Part shown: in pieces, positions 1 to 13,525 of the stretch
Numbering within the stretch: position 1 is the stretch's first letter
How the letters are laid out: each line of letters opens with the position of its first letter
From: Eledone cirrhosa
Taxonomy: Eukaryota
DNA: 64,000 nucleotides
Assembly: GCA_964016885.1 (NCBI GenBank)
Contig: OZ024742.1
Location: forward strand, 358,546,001 to 358,610,000
Direction of reading: 5' to 3'
Made by a program: the position numbers and the translations under genes
Notes under the pieces: generated by a model
The model's database searches: none
Told to the model about the DNA's origin: nothing
The model's input: only the letters and a program-made list of their open reading frames with translations

Positions 1-3000
1 ACCACCAACAACAACAACAACAACACCACCAACAACAACACCAACAACACCAACAACAACAACAACACCAACAACACCAACAGCAACAGCAACAACAACA
101 ACAACAACAACACCAACAACACCAACGACGACAACCACAACAACACCAACAACAACAACAACAGAACCAACAACACCAACAACACCAACAACAACACCAA
201 CAACAACAATACCAACAACAACACCACCACCAACAACAACACCACCACCACCAACAACAACAACAACACCAACAACAACACCAACAACACCATCAACAAC
301 AACAACACCAACACCAACACCAACACTACCATAACAACAACAACAATACCAACAACACCAACGACACCAACAACAACACCAACAACAACAACAACACAAA
401 CCACACCAACGACAACACCACCAACAACAACAACAACAACACCACCACCAACAACAACACCAACACCACCAACAACACCAACAACACCAACGACAACAAT
501 GGCAACAACAACAACCCCAACAATACCACCACAAACAACAACAAAATCACAAACAACAACAACACCAACAACAACAACAACAACATCACCAACAACAACA
601 CCAACAACACCAACGACAACAACAACAACACTAACAACAACAACACCAACAACAACAAGACCAACAACACCAACAACACCAACAACAACACCAACAACAA
701 TAACACCAACAACACCAACAACAACACCAACAATACCAACAACAACACCATCAACACCAACAACACCAACAACAACACCAACAACAATAACACCAACAAC
801 ACCAACAACAACACCAACAATACCAACAACAACACCATCAACAAAAACAACACAAACAACAACAACAACAACAACAACACCAACAACACCAACAACACTA
901 CACCAACAACACCAACAACACCAACAACAACAACAACACCAACAACAACAACACCACCACCAACAACAACAACACCAACAACAACAACAACACAAACAAC
1001 ACCAACGACAACACCACCAACAACAACAACAACAACCACACCACCACCAACAACACCACCACCACCAACAACACAAACAACACCAACATCAACAACAACA
1101 CTACACCAACAACACCAACAACACCAACAACAACACCAACAACAACAACACCAATAACAACACCAACAACTTACAACACCACCAACAACAACAACAACAA
1201 CACCAACACCACCATCAACACCAACAATACCAGCAACACCAACAACACCAACAACAACGCCAACAACAACAACACCAACAACAACAACAACCCAAACAAC
1301 ACCAACAACAACACCAACAACACCAACAACACCAACAACACCACCACCAACAAAACAACGACAACAACACCAACACCAACACCACCAACAACAACAACAA
1401 CAGCACCACCACCACCAACAACAACAACAACAACACCAACAACACCAACACCAACAGCAACAACAACAACACCACCAACAACACCAACAACACCAACAAC
1501 AACACCAACACCAACAGCAACAACAACACCAACAACACCAACAACAGCACAAACAACACCAACAACAACACCAACAACAACAACAACAACAAGACCAACA
1601 AGACCAACAACACCAACAACAACACCAACAACAATAACACCAACAACACCAACAACACCAACAATACCTACAACAACACCAACACCAACAACACAAACAA
1701 CACCAACAACACCAACAACACTACACCAACAACAACACCACCAACAACAAGAACACCACCACCACCAACACCAACAACACCAACAACACCTTCAACAACA
1801 ACACCACCAACAACAACAGCACCAACACCACCACCATCAACAACAACAACACCAACAACAACAACACCAACACCAACACCAACACCACCAACAACAACAA
1901 CAGTACCAACAACACCAACAACACCAACAACAACACCAACAACAAGAACACCAACAACAACACAAACAACACCAACAACAAAACCAACAACAACAACAAC
2001 GACAACACCACCACCACCAACAACACCAACAACACCAACGACAACAACAACAACACTAACAACAACAACACCATCAACAACAACAACACAAACAACACCA
2101 ACAACAACATCAACACCACCAACAACAACACCAACACCACCAACAACAACAACACCACCACCAACAACAACAATGCCAACAACAACAACACCAACAACAC
2201 CACCAACAACTACAACACCAACAACACCACCACCACCAACAACACCAACACCACCAACAACAACACCAACAACACCAACGACAACACAAACAACACCAAC
2301 AACACCAGCAACACCACCAACAACACCAACAACAACACCAACTACAACAACAACAACAAAAAGACCAACAACACCACCAACAACAACACCAACAATAATA
2401 ACACCAACAACACCAATAACAACACCAGCAATACCAACATCAACACCACCAACAACAACGACACAAACGACACCAACATCAACAACAACACTACACCAAC
2501 AACACCAACAACTCCAACAACAACACCAACAACAACAACACCAATAACAACGCCACCAACAACAACAACACCACCACCAACAACAACAACAACAACACCA
2601 ACACCACCAACAACACCAACAATACCAACAACACCAACAACACCAACAACAACGCCAACTACAACAACACCAACAACAACAACAACCCAAACAACACCAA
2701 CAACAACAACAACACCACCACCACCAACAACACCAACACCACCAACAACAACACCAACAACACCAATAACACCAACAACACCACCACCAACAAAACAACG
2801 ACAACAACACCAACACCAACACCACCAACAACAACAACAACAGCACCACCACGACCAACAACAACAACAACACTACCAACAACACCAACACCAACAGCAA
2901 CAACAACAACACCAACAACACCAACAACACCAACAACAACACCAACAACAAAACCAACAGCAACAACAACACCAACAACACCAACAACAGCACAAACAAC

Positions 3001-5295
3001 ACCAACAACAAGACCAACAACACCAACAACACCAACAACAACACCAACTACAATAACACCAACAACACCAACAACACCAACAATACCTACAACAACACCA
3101 ATAACAACAACAACACAAACAACACCAACATCAACACAAACAACACCAACAACACCAACAACACTACACCAACAACAACACAACCAACAACAACAACACC
3201 ACCACCACCAACACCAACAACACCAACAACACCTTCAACAACAACACCACCAACAACAACAACACCAACACCACCACCACCAACAACAACAACAACACCA
3301 ACAACAACAACACCAACACCAACACCACCAACAACAACAACAATACCAACAACACCAACAACACCAACAACAACACCAACAACAAGAACACCAACAACAA
3401 CACAAACAACACCAACAACAAAACCAACAACAACAACAACGACAACACCACCACCACCAACAACACCAACAACACCAACGACAACAACAACAACACTAAC
3501 AACAACAACACCAACAACATAAACAACACCAACAACAACATCAACACCACCAACAACAACACCAACACCACCAACAGCATCACCACCAACAACAACAACA
3601 CCACCACCAACAACAACAATACCAACAACAACAACACCAACAACACCACCAACAACTACAACACCAACAACAACAACACCAACACCAACACCACCACCAG
3701 CAACAACAACACCAACAACACCAACAACACCAACAACACCAACAACAACAACAACAACTACACCAACAACACCAACAACAACACCAACAACAACAACACC
3801 AACAACAACAACACAAACAACACCAACAACAACACCAAGAACACCAACAACACTACACCAACAACACCAACCACACCAACAACAGCACCAACAACAACAC
3901 CACCAACAACAACAACACCACCACCAACAACATCAACAACACCAAGAACAACACCAACAACACCACCAACAACAACACCACCAACAACAACAACACCAAC
4001 AACCCCAACAAAACCAACAACACCAGCAACAATACCAACAACAACAAAAACACCAACAACACCAACAACACCACCACCAACAACGACAACACCAATAACA
4101 ACACCACCAACAACAACCAACAACATCACCACCAACCAACAACAACACCAACAACACCAACAACACCAACAACAACAACAACAACACGAACAACAACAAC
4201 ACCAACACCAACACCAACAACAAAACCACCACCAACAACAACAACAACACCAACAACACCAACAACACCAACAACACCAACAACAGCACAAACAACACCA
4301 ACAACATCACCAACAACACCAACAACACTACACCAACCATACTAACCACACCAACAACAACACCAACAACAATACCACCAACAACAACAACAACACCACC
4401 ACCAACAACAACAACACCAACAACAACAACAGCAACAATAACACCAACAACACCAACACCAACACCAACACCACTACCAACAACAACAACAACACCAACA
4501 ACACCAACAACACCAACAACAACAACACCAACACCAACACCACACCACTACCAACAATACCAACAACACCACCAACAGCAACAACAACACCACCAAATAC
4601 ACCAACAATACCAACAACACCACCAACAGCAACAACAACACCACCAACAACACCAACAACAACAACAACAACACCAACAACAACAACACCAACAACAACA
4701 ACAACAACACCACCAACAACAACAAAACCAGCAACACCAACAAAAACAACATCAACACCAACAACAACAACACCAACAACAACAACAGCAACAACACCAC
4801 CAACAACAACATCAACAACACCAACACCAACAACAACAACACCAACAACACCACCACCACCACCACCACCACCAACAACACCAACAACACCAACGACAAC
4901 AATGACAACAACAACAACACCAACACCACCAACAACAACAACACCAACACCACCAACAACAACACCAACAACACCAACACCAACAACACCAACAACACCA
5001 CCACCACCACCAACACCAACAACAACAACAACACCACCACCAACAACACCAACAACACCAACGACAACAATGACAACAACAACAACACCAACAACACCAC
5101 CACCAACACCAACACCAACAACAACACCAACACCAACACCAACACCAACAACAACAACACCAACAACAACAACACCAACACCAACACCACCAACAACAAC
5201 AACAACGCCGACAACAACAACGCCGACAACAACGCCGACAACAACAACAACAACAACACCAACACCACCACCAACAACAACAAGACCAACAACAT
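1..5295. repeat. Degenerate (ACA/CCA)n trinucleotide-period low-complexity array with an internal ~1.44-kb duplication
   Basis: Almost only C and A. Rare markers recur about 1440 bp apart (CAAAACAACGAC 1351/2791; AAACCAACAA 1981/3421; CCTTCAAC ~1789/3232). Runs off the window start. Confidence 0.95.
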
Positions 5296-5344
5296 TGTTG
5301 ATTAAAAGTCTATAAATTTATTTGAGACATTCCAACTTCCAAAT

Positions 5345-5748
5345 TTGGTGGTGCTGGTGCTGGTGATAGTCGTGGTAGTGTTGGTGGTGGTGTTGGTGGT
5401 GTTGGTGGTAGTGAAGGTGGTGGTTGTGTTGGTGGTGATGGTGATAGTGGTGGTGTTGGTGGTGGTATAGATGGTAGTGTTGGTGGTGGTGTTAGGTGGT
5501 GGTGTTGGTGGTGGTGGTGCTGGTGACGGTGTTGGTGGTGGTGGTGGTGGTGGTGGTGATCTTGTTGGTGACAATGGTGATGATAGTGAGGGTGGTGGTG
5601 GTGGTGTTGGTGGTAGTGAAGGTGGTGGTGATGTTGGTGGTAGTGGTGGTGACAATGGTGATGATGGTGAGGGTTGTGGTGAAGGTGGTGGTGGTGGTGT
5701 TGATGGTAGTGCTGGTGGTGGTGATGGTGATAGTGGTGGCGATGATGT
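5345..5748. repeat. (GGT/TGT/GAT)n low-complexity tract, opposite polarity to 1-5295
   Basis: GT-rich triplet tract starting about 50 bp after the CA-rich array ends. Confidence 0.9.
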
Positions 5749-6009
5749 TACAACACATAATTTACATGATTTAATTAATACTAATTTAAATGTCTCACAG
5801 ACATAATTGTAATAAATCAATTGAGCAATTACATCACACACACATTCATTGTTTGGGTTCACCTGTATGTGTGTGTGTTTATGTCTTTGCTTGTGTTCAT
5901 AATAATAACTAGAACTTCAAATCTATATATGATGTTTAGTTCATTTACGTTTAACATATTTTTCTTAGTCTAAGAACAAGTAACCCTAAATTTTGTTATC
6001 CATTGCAGA

Positions 6010-7285
6010 TTAAGGAGGTTGATGCACTTAGAATTGGCATCACCTGTCTGGAACCCCTCTTGCTCGGACCATTGACCTCCTGGAAACTGTTCAGAGACAT
6101 GCAACAAAGCGAATAGCCTCCATCAGCAATCTACCATACTCTGAAAGCCTTGCTCCCTTGGGCATGGATATATTGAAGCTCTGACGTCTGGCAACTGACT
6201 TGGTAAACACCCACAAAATTATTAACCATCTTGCCAACAACAACCCTGAGCACCTTTTTTAATTCCATGTGTCTAACACACATGGGCATGCCCATAAAAT
6301 CATAAAACAGCACAGCTCCCATGACTTTCGAAAACATTTTTTCACACTCAGAGTTGCTGAAGCATGGAACAAACTACCTGCATCAGTTGTTAGCTGTTGG
6401 GACACTGCATCCTTTAAAACCTCCATGGAACAAACTACCTTCATCTGTTGTTAGCTGTTGGGACACTGCATCCTTTAAAACTCCATGGAACAAACTACCT
6501 GCATCTGTTGTTAGCTGTTGGGACACTGCATCCTTTAAAACCCACATGGAACAAACTACCTGCATCAGTTGTTAGCTGTTGGGACACTGCATCCTTTAAA
6601 ACCTCCATGGAACAAACTACCTTCATCTGTTGTTAGCTGTTGGGACACTGCATCCTTTAAAACTCCATGGAACAAACTACCTGCATCTGTTGTTAGCTGT
6701 TGGGAAACTGCATCCTTTAAAACCTCCATGGAACAAACTACCTGCATCTGTTGTTAGCTGTTGGGACACTGCATCCTTTAAAACCTCCATGGAACAAACT
6801 ACCTTCATCTGTTGTTAGCTGTTGAGACACTGCATCCTTTAAAACTCCATGGAACAAACTACCTGCATCTGTTGTTAGCTGTTGGGAAACTGCATCCTTT
6901 AAAACCTCCATGGAACAAACTACCTGCATCTGTTGTTAGCTGTTGGGACACTGCATCCTTTAAAACTCCATGGAACAAACTACCTGCATCTGTTGTTAGC
7001 TGTGGAGACAATGCATCCTTTAAAACCTCCATGGAACAAACTACCTGCATCTGTTGTTAGCTGTTGGGACACTGCATCCTTCAAACCCTCCATGCTTCCT
7101 GGAATTCGCCAACACTACACCTGATATCACGCCTCCATACACACGCACACATGTATATCATGACTCATACACTATTCACTTCCCTGACATTTGTACATTA
7201 TTCTATGTACTATACATGCACCTTACATGTACACAATAATTTCATTATTATTATTTTCATTATCATTATTTCTACCATTATTATT
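6010..7285 (+). mobile_element. CR1/L2-group LINE 3' fragment with internal tandem expansion
   Basis: Broken translation HLELASPVWNP..LLETVQRHATKRI..HDFRKHFFTLRVAEAWNKLPASVV matches the CR1-type ORF2 C-terminus. Followed by a 3' UTR and (ATT)n tail. Homologous to 41776-42238. Confidence 0.85.
6363..7090 (+). repeat. 60/61-bp minisatellite, 12 units
   Basis: Unit CATGGAACAAACTACCTGCATCTGTTGTTAGCTGTTGGGACACTGCATCCTTTAAAACCTC starts at 6363, 6424, 6484, 6545, 6606, 6666, 6727, 6788, 6848, 6909, 6969 and 7030. Confidence 0.97.
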
Positions 7286-7414
7286 GTTCAGCTTGTATTT
7301 CTATAATTTAAATATTTCACAAGCATCCTTTGTTTCACAAAACCTGCTCTACATATTCTTTCCATAGCCACTGCCTCTGTCCTTCATATTCTTCCCATCT
7401 CTCACTATTTTAAG

Positions 7415-7566
7415 GAAATGGAGACCCATGTACTGGCTGCCCTGCAGTCCTGGCCGACAGAAGAGAGAAGGCATTTCCTCGGAGGATGGTGAGGAAGATT
7501 CGTTGGAAGAGCCATTCCAGCATGCAAGTCTCACACTTGCGGCGAGCCAACTCTGTGCCAATGGTG
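7415..7566 (+). CDS. Candidate host-gene exon, product unknown
   Basis: GC-richer unique island with a pyrimidine-rich acceptor (CTTCCCATCTCTCACTATTTTAAG) and donor GTAAGT at 7567. Open frame NGDPCTGCPAVLADRREKAFPRRMVRKIRWKSHSSMQVSHLRRANSVPMV. No family recognised. Confidence 0.45.
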
Positions 7567-7762
7567 GTAAGTAGGGAGGTAGACTAGGGGCCAGGTTATT
7601 TCCTAAGCTAACAATAATAGCTACAGCATTGGAAACCTTTGCATGTAACATCCTGCATTCTCCAGAAAAAAAAACAACGAAACAACACATAATGTTGATC
7701 TAGATGTTTTATATCTTAAACAAGACAAGATGATTATAGATGGAACATCTATAATCATATGT

Positions 7763-10138
7763 CTGCATAGTGGTCGTGGAGGTGCCACGTCAAATAGCAC
7801 CCAGCCCACACTGTAAAGTGGACGTGGCGGTGCCACGTCAAATAGCACCCAGCCCACACTGTAACGTGGGCGTGGAGGTGCCACGGAAAAATAGCACCCA
7901 GCCCACACTGTAAAGTGGACGTGTAGGCACCACAGAAAAAAGCACCCAGCCCACACCGTAAAGTGGACGTGTAGGCGCCACAGAAAAAAAGCACCCAGCC
8001 CACACTGTAAAGTGGACGTGTAGGCACCACAGAACAAAGCACCCAGCCCACACTGTAAAGTGGACGTGTAGGCGCCACAGAACAAAGCACCCAGCCCACA
8101 CTGTAAAGTGGACGTGTAGGCGCCACAGAAAAAAAGCACCCGACCCACACTGTAAAGTGGACGTGTAGGCGCCACAGAAAAAAAGCACCCAGCCCACACC
8201 GTAAAGTGGACGTGTAGGCGCCACAGAAAAAAAGCACCCGACCCACACTGTAAAGTGGACGTGTAGGCGCCACAGAAAAAAAGCACCCGACCCACACTGT
8301 AAAGTGGACGTGTAGGCGCCACAGAAAAAAAGCACCCGACCCACACTGTAAAGTGGACGTGTAGGCGCCACAGAAAAAAAGCACCCAGCCCACACTGTAA
8401 AGTGGACGTGTAGGCACCACAGAAAAAAAGCACCCAGCCCACACTGTAAAGTGGACGTGTAGGCACCACAGAAAAAAAGCACCCAGCCCACACCGTAAAG
8501 TGGACGTGTAGGCACCACAGAAAAAAAGCACCCAGCCCACACTGTAAAGTGGACGTGTAGGCACCACAGAAAAAAAGCACCCAGCCCACACTGTAAAGTG
8601 GACGTGTAGGCACCACAGAAAAAAAGCACCCAGCCCACACCGTAAAGTGGACGTGTAGGCACCACAGAAAAAAAGCACCCCGCCCACACTGTAAAGTGGA
8701 CGTGTAGGCACCACAGAAAAAAAGCACCCAGCCCACACTGTAAAGTGGACGTGTAGGCACCACAGAAAAAAAGCACCCAGCCCACACCGTAAAGTGGACG
8801 TGTAGGCACCACAGAAAAAAAGCACCCAGCCCACACTGTAAAGTGGACGTGTAGGCACCACAGAAAAAAAGCACCCAGCCCACACTGTAAAGTGGACGTG
8901 GAGGCACCACAGAAAAAAAGCACCCAGCCCACACTGTAAAGTGGACGTGTAGGCGCCACAGAAAAAAAGCACCCAGCCCACACTGTAAAGTGGACGTGTA
9001 GGCGCCACAGAAAAAAAGCACCCAGCCCACACTGTAAAGTGGACGTGTAGGCGCCACAGAAAAAAAGCACCCAGCCCACACTGTAAAGTGGACGTGTAGG
9101 CGCCACAGAAAAAAAGCACCCAGCCCACACTGTAAAGTGGACGTGTAGGCGCCACAGAAAAAAAGCACCCAGCCCACACTGTAAAGTGGACGTGTAGGCA
9201 CCACAGAAAAAAAGCACCCAGCCCACACTGTAAAGTGGACGTGTAGACGCCACAGAAAAAAAGCACCCAGCCCACACTGTAAAGTGGACGTGTAGGCGCC
9301 ACAGAAAAAAAGCACCCAGCCCACACTGTAAAGTGGACGTGGAGGCACCACAGAAAAAAAGCACCCAGCCCACACTGTAAAGTGGACGTGTAGGCGCCAC
9401 AGAAAAAAAGCACCCAGCCCACACTGTAAAGTGGACGTGTAGGCGCCACAGAAAAAAAGCACCCAGCCCACACTGTAAAGTGGACGTGTAGGCGCCACAG
9501 AAAAAAAGCACCCAGCCCACACTGTAAAGTGGACGTGTAGGCACCACAGAAAAAAAGCACCCAGCCCACACTGTAAAGTGGACGTGTAGGCGCCACAGAA
9601 AAAAAGCACCCAGCCCACACTGTAAAGTGGACGTGTAGGCGCCACAGAAAAAAAGCACCCAGCCCACACTGTAAAGTGGACGTGGAGGCACCACAGAAAA
9701 AAAGCACCCAGCCCACACTGTAAAGTGGACGTGTAGGCGCCACAGAAAAAAAGCACCCAGCCCACACTGTAAAGTGGACGTGTAGGCGCCACAGAAAAAA
9801 GCACCCAGCCCACACTGTAAAGTGGACGTGTAGGCGCCACAGAAAAAAAAGCACCCGACCCACACTGTAAAGTGGACGTGTAGGCGCCACAGAAAAAAGC
9901 ACCCAGCCCACACCGTAAAGTGGACGTGTAGGCGCCACAGAAAAAAAAGCACCCAGCACTCACTGTAAATGAGGTTGGTGTTAGGAAGGACATCCAGCTG
10001 TAGAAATCGAGCCAGAATCAGTTCCCGTATGAGCAAGACAAGGTCAGCCGACCGGACACAGCCCACAACAGGACAACTCGTCTAACCCATGCTAGCGTGG
10101 AAGAACGGACGTAAAACGGTGATGATGATGATGATGAT
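7763..10138 (+). mobile_element. RTE-related SINE/non-autonomous element carrying an expanded 49-bp VNTR
   Basis: After the array come TTGGTGTTAGGAAGGACATCCAGCTGTAGAAA, an RTE-like 3' end (CCCATGCTAGCGTGGAAGAACGGACGTAAAAC) and a (GAT)n tail. About 95% identical by eye to the inverted copy at 18943-19220. Confidence 0.85.
7781..9968 (+). repeat. 49-bp minisatellite, ~45 units
   Basis: Unit CACAGAAAAAAAGCACCCAGCCCACACTGTAAAGTGGACGTGTAGGCGC, head-to-tail with no spacers. Confidence 0.97.
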
Positions 10139-10190
10139 TCCACAGTGGCTCAAGCAATCTACCACACCTTATTAACAACAAAGTGATACC

Positions 10191-10404
10191 TTAACCCTTT
10201 AGCATTTAAACCAGCGGTATCCAACCAGAATTCTCTCACCTCTCTCTGTTCAAACCGGCCATAACCGGCTGCTCATACTTATGTTAAAGTATTGTTCTCA
10301 AAATGAATAATATCAAAATCTCATAAATTCGATATTATGTGAGAGAAAGTGTTTACCTTGAAAACATAATAGTATATATAGAGTAATGTAAATACTAAAT
10401 GGTA
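10191..10404. mobile_element. piggyBac-like MITE (decayed)
   Basis: Starts TTAACCCTTTAGCATTTA and ends TAAATACTAAATGGTAA (imperfect inverted terminus). A TTAA-CCC end is typical of the piggyBac superfamily. Confidence 0.5.
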
Positions 10405-10790
10405 AGCGTTGCAGTTATGAGAAGAAAGGTAATAGAGAAAGTAAAGTTATATTGCAGGAGTCATACATTGGTAGTCCAGTGGAACAGGATCCATTGTAGT
10501 TTTAGGAAGTACAATAGACAAATGTAGTAGTTAGTATGTTGATACACCAGTGACTGTGTGTTTTAGATTATCTCTATATTTCAGTAAATATTTGAGGAAA
10601 AATAGCAATAGTATGTTACTTTTCTTATCATTTATTTCACCAGCGGTATATAAATTATAAAATTAAAAAAGTTGCATAAAGGAAAAACTATGATATATTA
10701 TTTGTGTGTGTGACAGCTCATACTTATGCAGGTTTAGCTGGCCTCCTCCATGGTATATCTCAGAGGTGTCTTGGGGGATTTTAATATTAG

Positions 10791-10953
10791 GGACCCCAGT
10801 CCCTATCATCTCATTTCTACAGCTGAGTAAACTGGAGCAACGTGAAATAAAGTGTCTTGCTCAAGGAAACAACACATCACCTGGTCCGAGAATAGAACTC
10901 ACAACTTTTCGATTGCAAGCCCAATGCTCTAACCACTAAGCCATGCACCTTCA
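10791..10953 (-). mobile_element. tRNA-derived CORE-type SINE 5' part
   Basis: Minus strand has A box TGGCTTAGTGG and B-box-like GAGTTCTATTC, then CCTTGAGCAAGACACTTTATTTCACGTTGCTCCAGTTTACTCAGCTGTAGAAATG resembling the CORE domain. Confidence 0.8.
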
Positions 10954-11342
10954 CATATTATTTACAAAGAAGTGAATAAAAAGTTGTTAAGAATGAAATG
11001 AAGTGGTCCATTATTAACAATGTGTTAACCAGGCTAGTGAGGTAATTGAGAAGGATTATAGTAAAACATGTCATCCTTTTCATGATGGCCTGTAAAAGGA
11101 GCACTTTAAGCAAAGTTATTTTTTATCTTATTTACAAATTTTTTAATATTTTTTTAATGTTACTAAAAATGGTAGGGTTTTATCTTAAACTGGTTTGTTT
11201 GTTACTCAACAGCATCTTTTTAATATATTTTTTACATCTTTTGAGTCAGGAAGAGTTGAATTTTTGCACACAAAATTATTCCAGACAATTAACCATGATA
11301 GGCGTAACTGAATTTATTAAATGTTGTTATGGTATAACTATT

Positions 11343-11635
11343 CATCATCATCATCATCGTTTAACGTCTATATTCCACGCTAACATGGGTTAGACGGAAG
11401 TTGTCCCACTTGAGGCAAGATTGGTTGGGTGACTGTGTCTCGCTCATATAGGACTATCTGGCAGGTTTTCTATGGCTGGATGCCCTTCCTAACACTAACC
11501 ACATTTACAGTGTGGACTGGGAACTTTTTACTGTGTTACCTACATGGCTACATTACAGCGTGGACTGTGTGTTTTTGTTGTCGTGACACCGACACGATCT
11601 CATTAGTTTGGACTGGATGCTGTGATACCAACATA
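11343..11635 (-). mobile_element. RTE-tailed SINE copy with 2-3 degenerate ~48-bp units
   Basis: (CAT)n tail, GGCTGGATGCCCTTCCTAACAC motif, TTACAG(T/C)GTGGACTG at 11505 and 11553, and a third partial copy near 11607. Confidence 0.75.
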
Positions 11636-12147
11636 ACTTTATAGAGAAAGGGTGGTGTTGGCGGGAGTGGGAGGATGGAGTGGGGTAGTAGGTTGTGGTG
11701 TGTTTGGTTTGGAGGGGCCTACTGACTCTAGGTTAACTTTGCACGTATGGTTGAATATTGTCCTAGAATACTTCGGCCTATATTTGTGGATATTCTTTAT
11801 GAATTTTTCTTGAACACAATTTGGTGTAGAGTTGTAAAAAACTTATTTCCCAGAGATCTGATTCTAGAGCACTATTTCGCGATACTCAAACATTGAATAA
11901 TAAAACTAAATGATGTTGATATTTATAGATTGGAAACAGTAAATGTCAGGGTTCTTGTAGTTCCAAGCTTTATGAAGTTTTTTTTATGGCTTCATCAAGA
12001 AGGAAAGTCAGTATCTAGGATAGATTTTTTTTTTGTGGCTTACAAGCCTTGTTGAAGGATGAGAAGTTATGTCCAAATCAGAAACCAAACCAAACTGAGT
12101 GAATTCTTCAAAATTCATCGACAAAATTCAAAGACAAGGTGGAGGTA

Positions 12148-12347
12148 TTCAACTGGACTATGAGTTAAGTCTAATGACCAAGCGACGGCTGCTGGACTAT
12201 GAATTGACCAGGTGGTAGTGGTGGTAGCGGTGGTGGTGCTGTTCAGCTAGACCATGAATTTAGTCTATCAATCAGGTGGCGGTGGTGGTGGTCGTGGGCT
12301 TGTTGTTGTTGGTGGTGGTGGTCAACTAGACTATGAATTAAGTCTAT
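12148..12347. repeat. Four copies of a ~24-bp hairpin motif separated by GGT-rich spacers
   Basis: CAACTAGACTATGAATTAAGTCTA-like motif at ~12150, ~12193 (partial), ~12244 and ~12323. Confidence 0.7.
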
Positions 12348-13525
12348 TACTCCAAACGTCAGAACACAAAGAGCCAGAACAAATACCACAAGACACCTAT
12401 ACTAATGATTTCCCCAATCGATTGCTTTGAATATGTTTCTATATGAATTTTTGAATTCTATTAAATGTTTATCGTCAATATTTCCTCAACAAACTGGTTT
12501 TCTATAAAAGCTAATATTTCTTGCTGGTGGAATTGAACTCAGCACTAAAAATCACAAAATACAATGGTGACTTATATAACCTTATAAACACAATGCACAG
12601 CTAGTGAACTGCGCTGCTAAAATGTATCACTTTTCTGTTCAATTCACAATAGCAGTGACAGAATATGAATGACTGACCTCAGTACTGGTTACTAAGCACC
12701 TATTGATTCAGCCATTACTTTCTCCTCTACCTACATAATCACTTGAAATTCACTCTTTCTGACATTTGATGTTACTGCATTGAAGACGGCCAAAGGCTGA
12801 TAAGATCTTCTCGTGTCTTCATGTGATCTCAAAGCACACCAGATAAAAATACAAAATATACGAATTATCTTAAATGTATTTTATGTATGTATTACAACCG
12901 GCCATCATAGCTTCTTGTAAATGAATGTCATTTAGAACACAGCTCACTTCATTTACCTGCCAATATTAATAAATCAAAACAAGCAAGTTAATGCAAGCTT
13001 TGTTTTAGGTATCCTGAAATAGTTGAATAAAATCAAGCAGAAAAATATATTCACCTCATAAATACAGCATCTCACATGTATGTGCTATGTTTTAGGTTTC
13101 CTAAAATACTTCGATAATATAAAGCTGAAACATATATCACCTCAAAAATAAACCATATCAAATATATCTGTTATGTAATTCAAAGAAAGACATAAAGTTA
13201 AAATTCTCAATATATAGAGATTAAATTATTGAACATTTGTCAAAGTATGATACACTAATATAAAGACAAGCACTCAGTAAAAAGTCAAATATAACACATT
13301 ATTTTATTTTAGAAGAAAACCATTCAGCAGTGGATCAGATCTGAATATGGTTTATTTGGCATTGACAAAGTTTAAATTCCACAACCATTTAATCACTTGA
13401 TAGGAAACTTGTTTAATGGAAATGAAGTGACATATATAATCAAGGATTGAAAACGAAATTTAATTCAATGATGAATACTATAACAATTGTCTGAAATAAT
13501 TGGTTTCTATCTTTCTATCTTATGA

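Noticed and set aside
326-5862. Mucin-like T/P, poly-Q/N, poly-V/L/C ORFs
   Set aside because: By-products of a triplet low-complexity array; frames switch repeatedly and there is no signal peptide or flanking domain.
7621-10066. Three overlapping 730-790 aa minus-strand ORFs with a 49-aa repeat
   Set aside because: A stop-free 49-bp unit cycles through all three frames, so all stay open. The sequence is SINE-derived and has no other coding signal.
10880-10953. tRNA gene
   Set aside because: A and B boxes run into a CORE-like SINE body with no complete cloverleaf.
13002-13176. Diverged ~87-bp tandem duplication upstream of the L1 element
   Set aside because: Two old AT-rich copies with no further structure; likely neutral.
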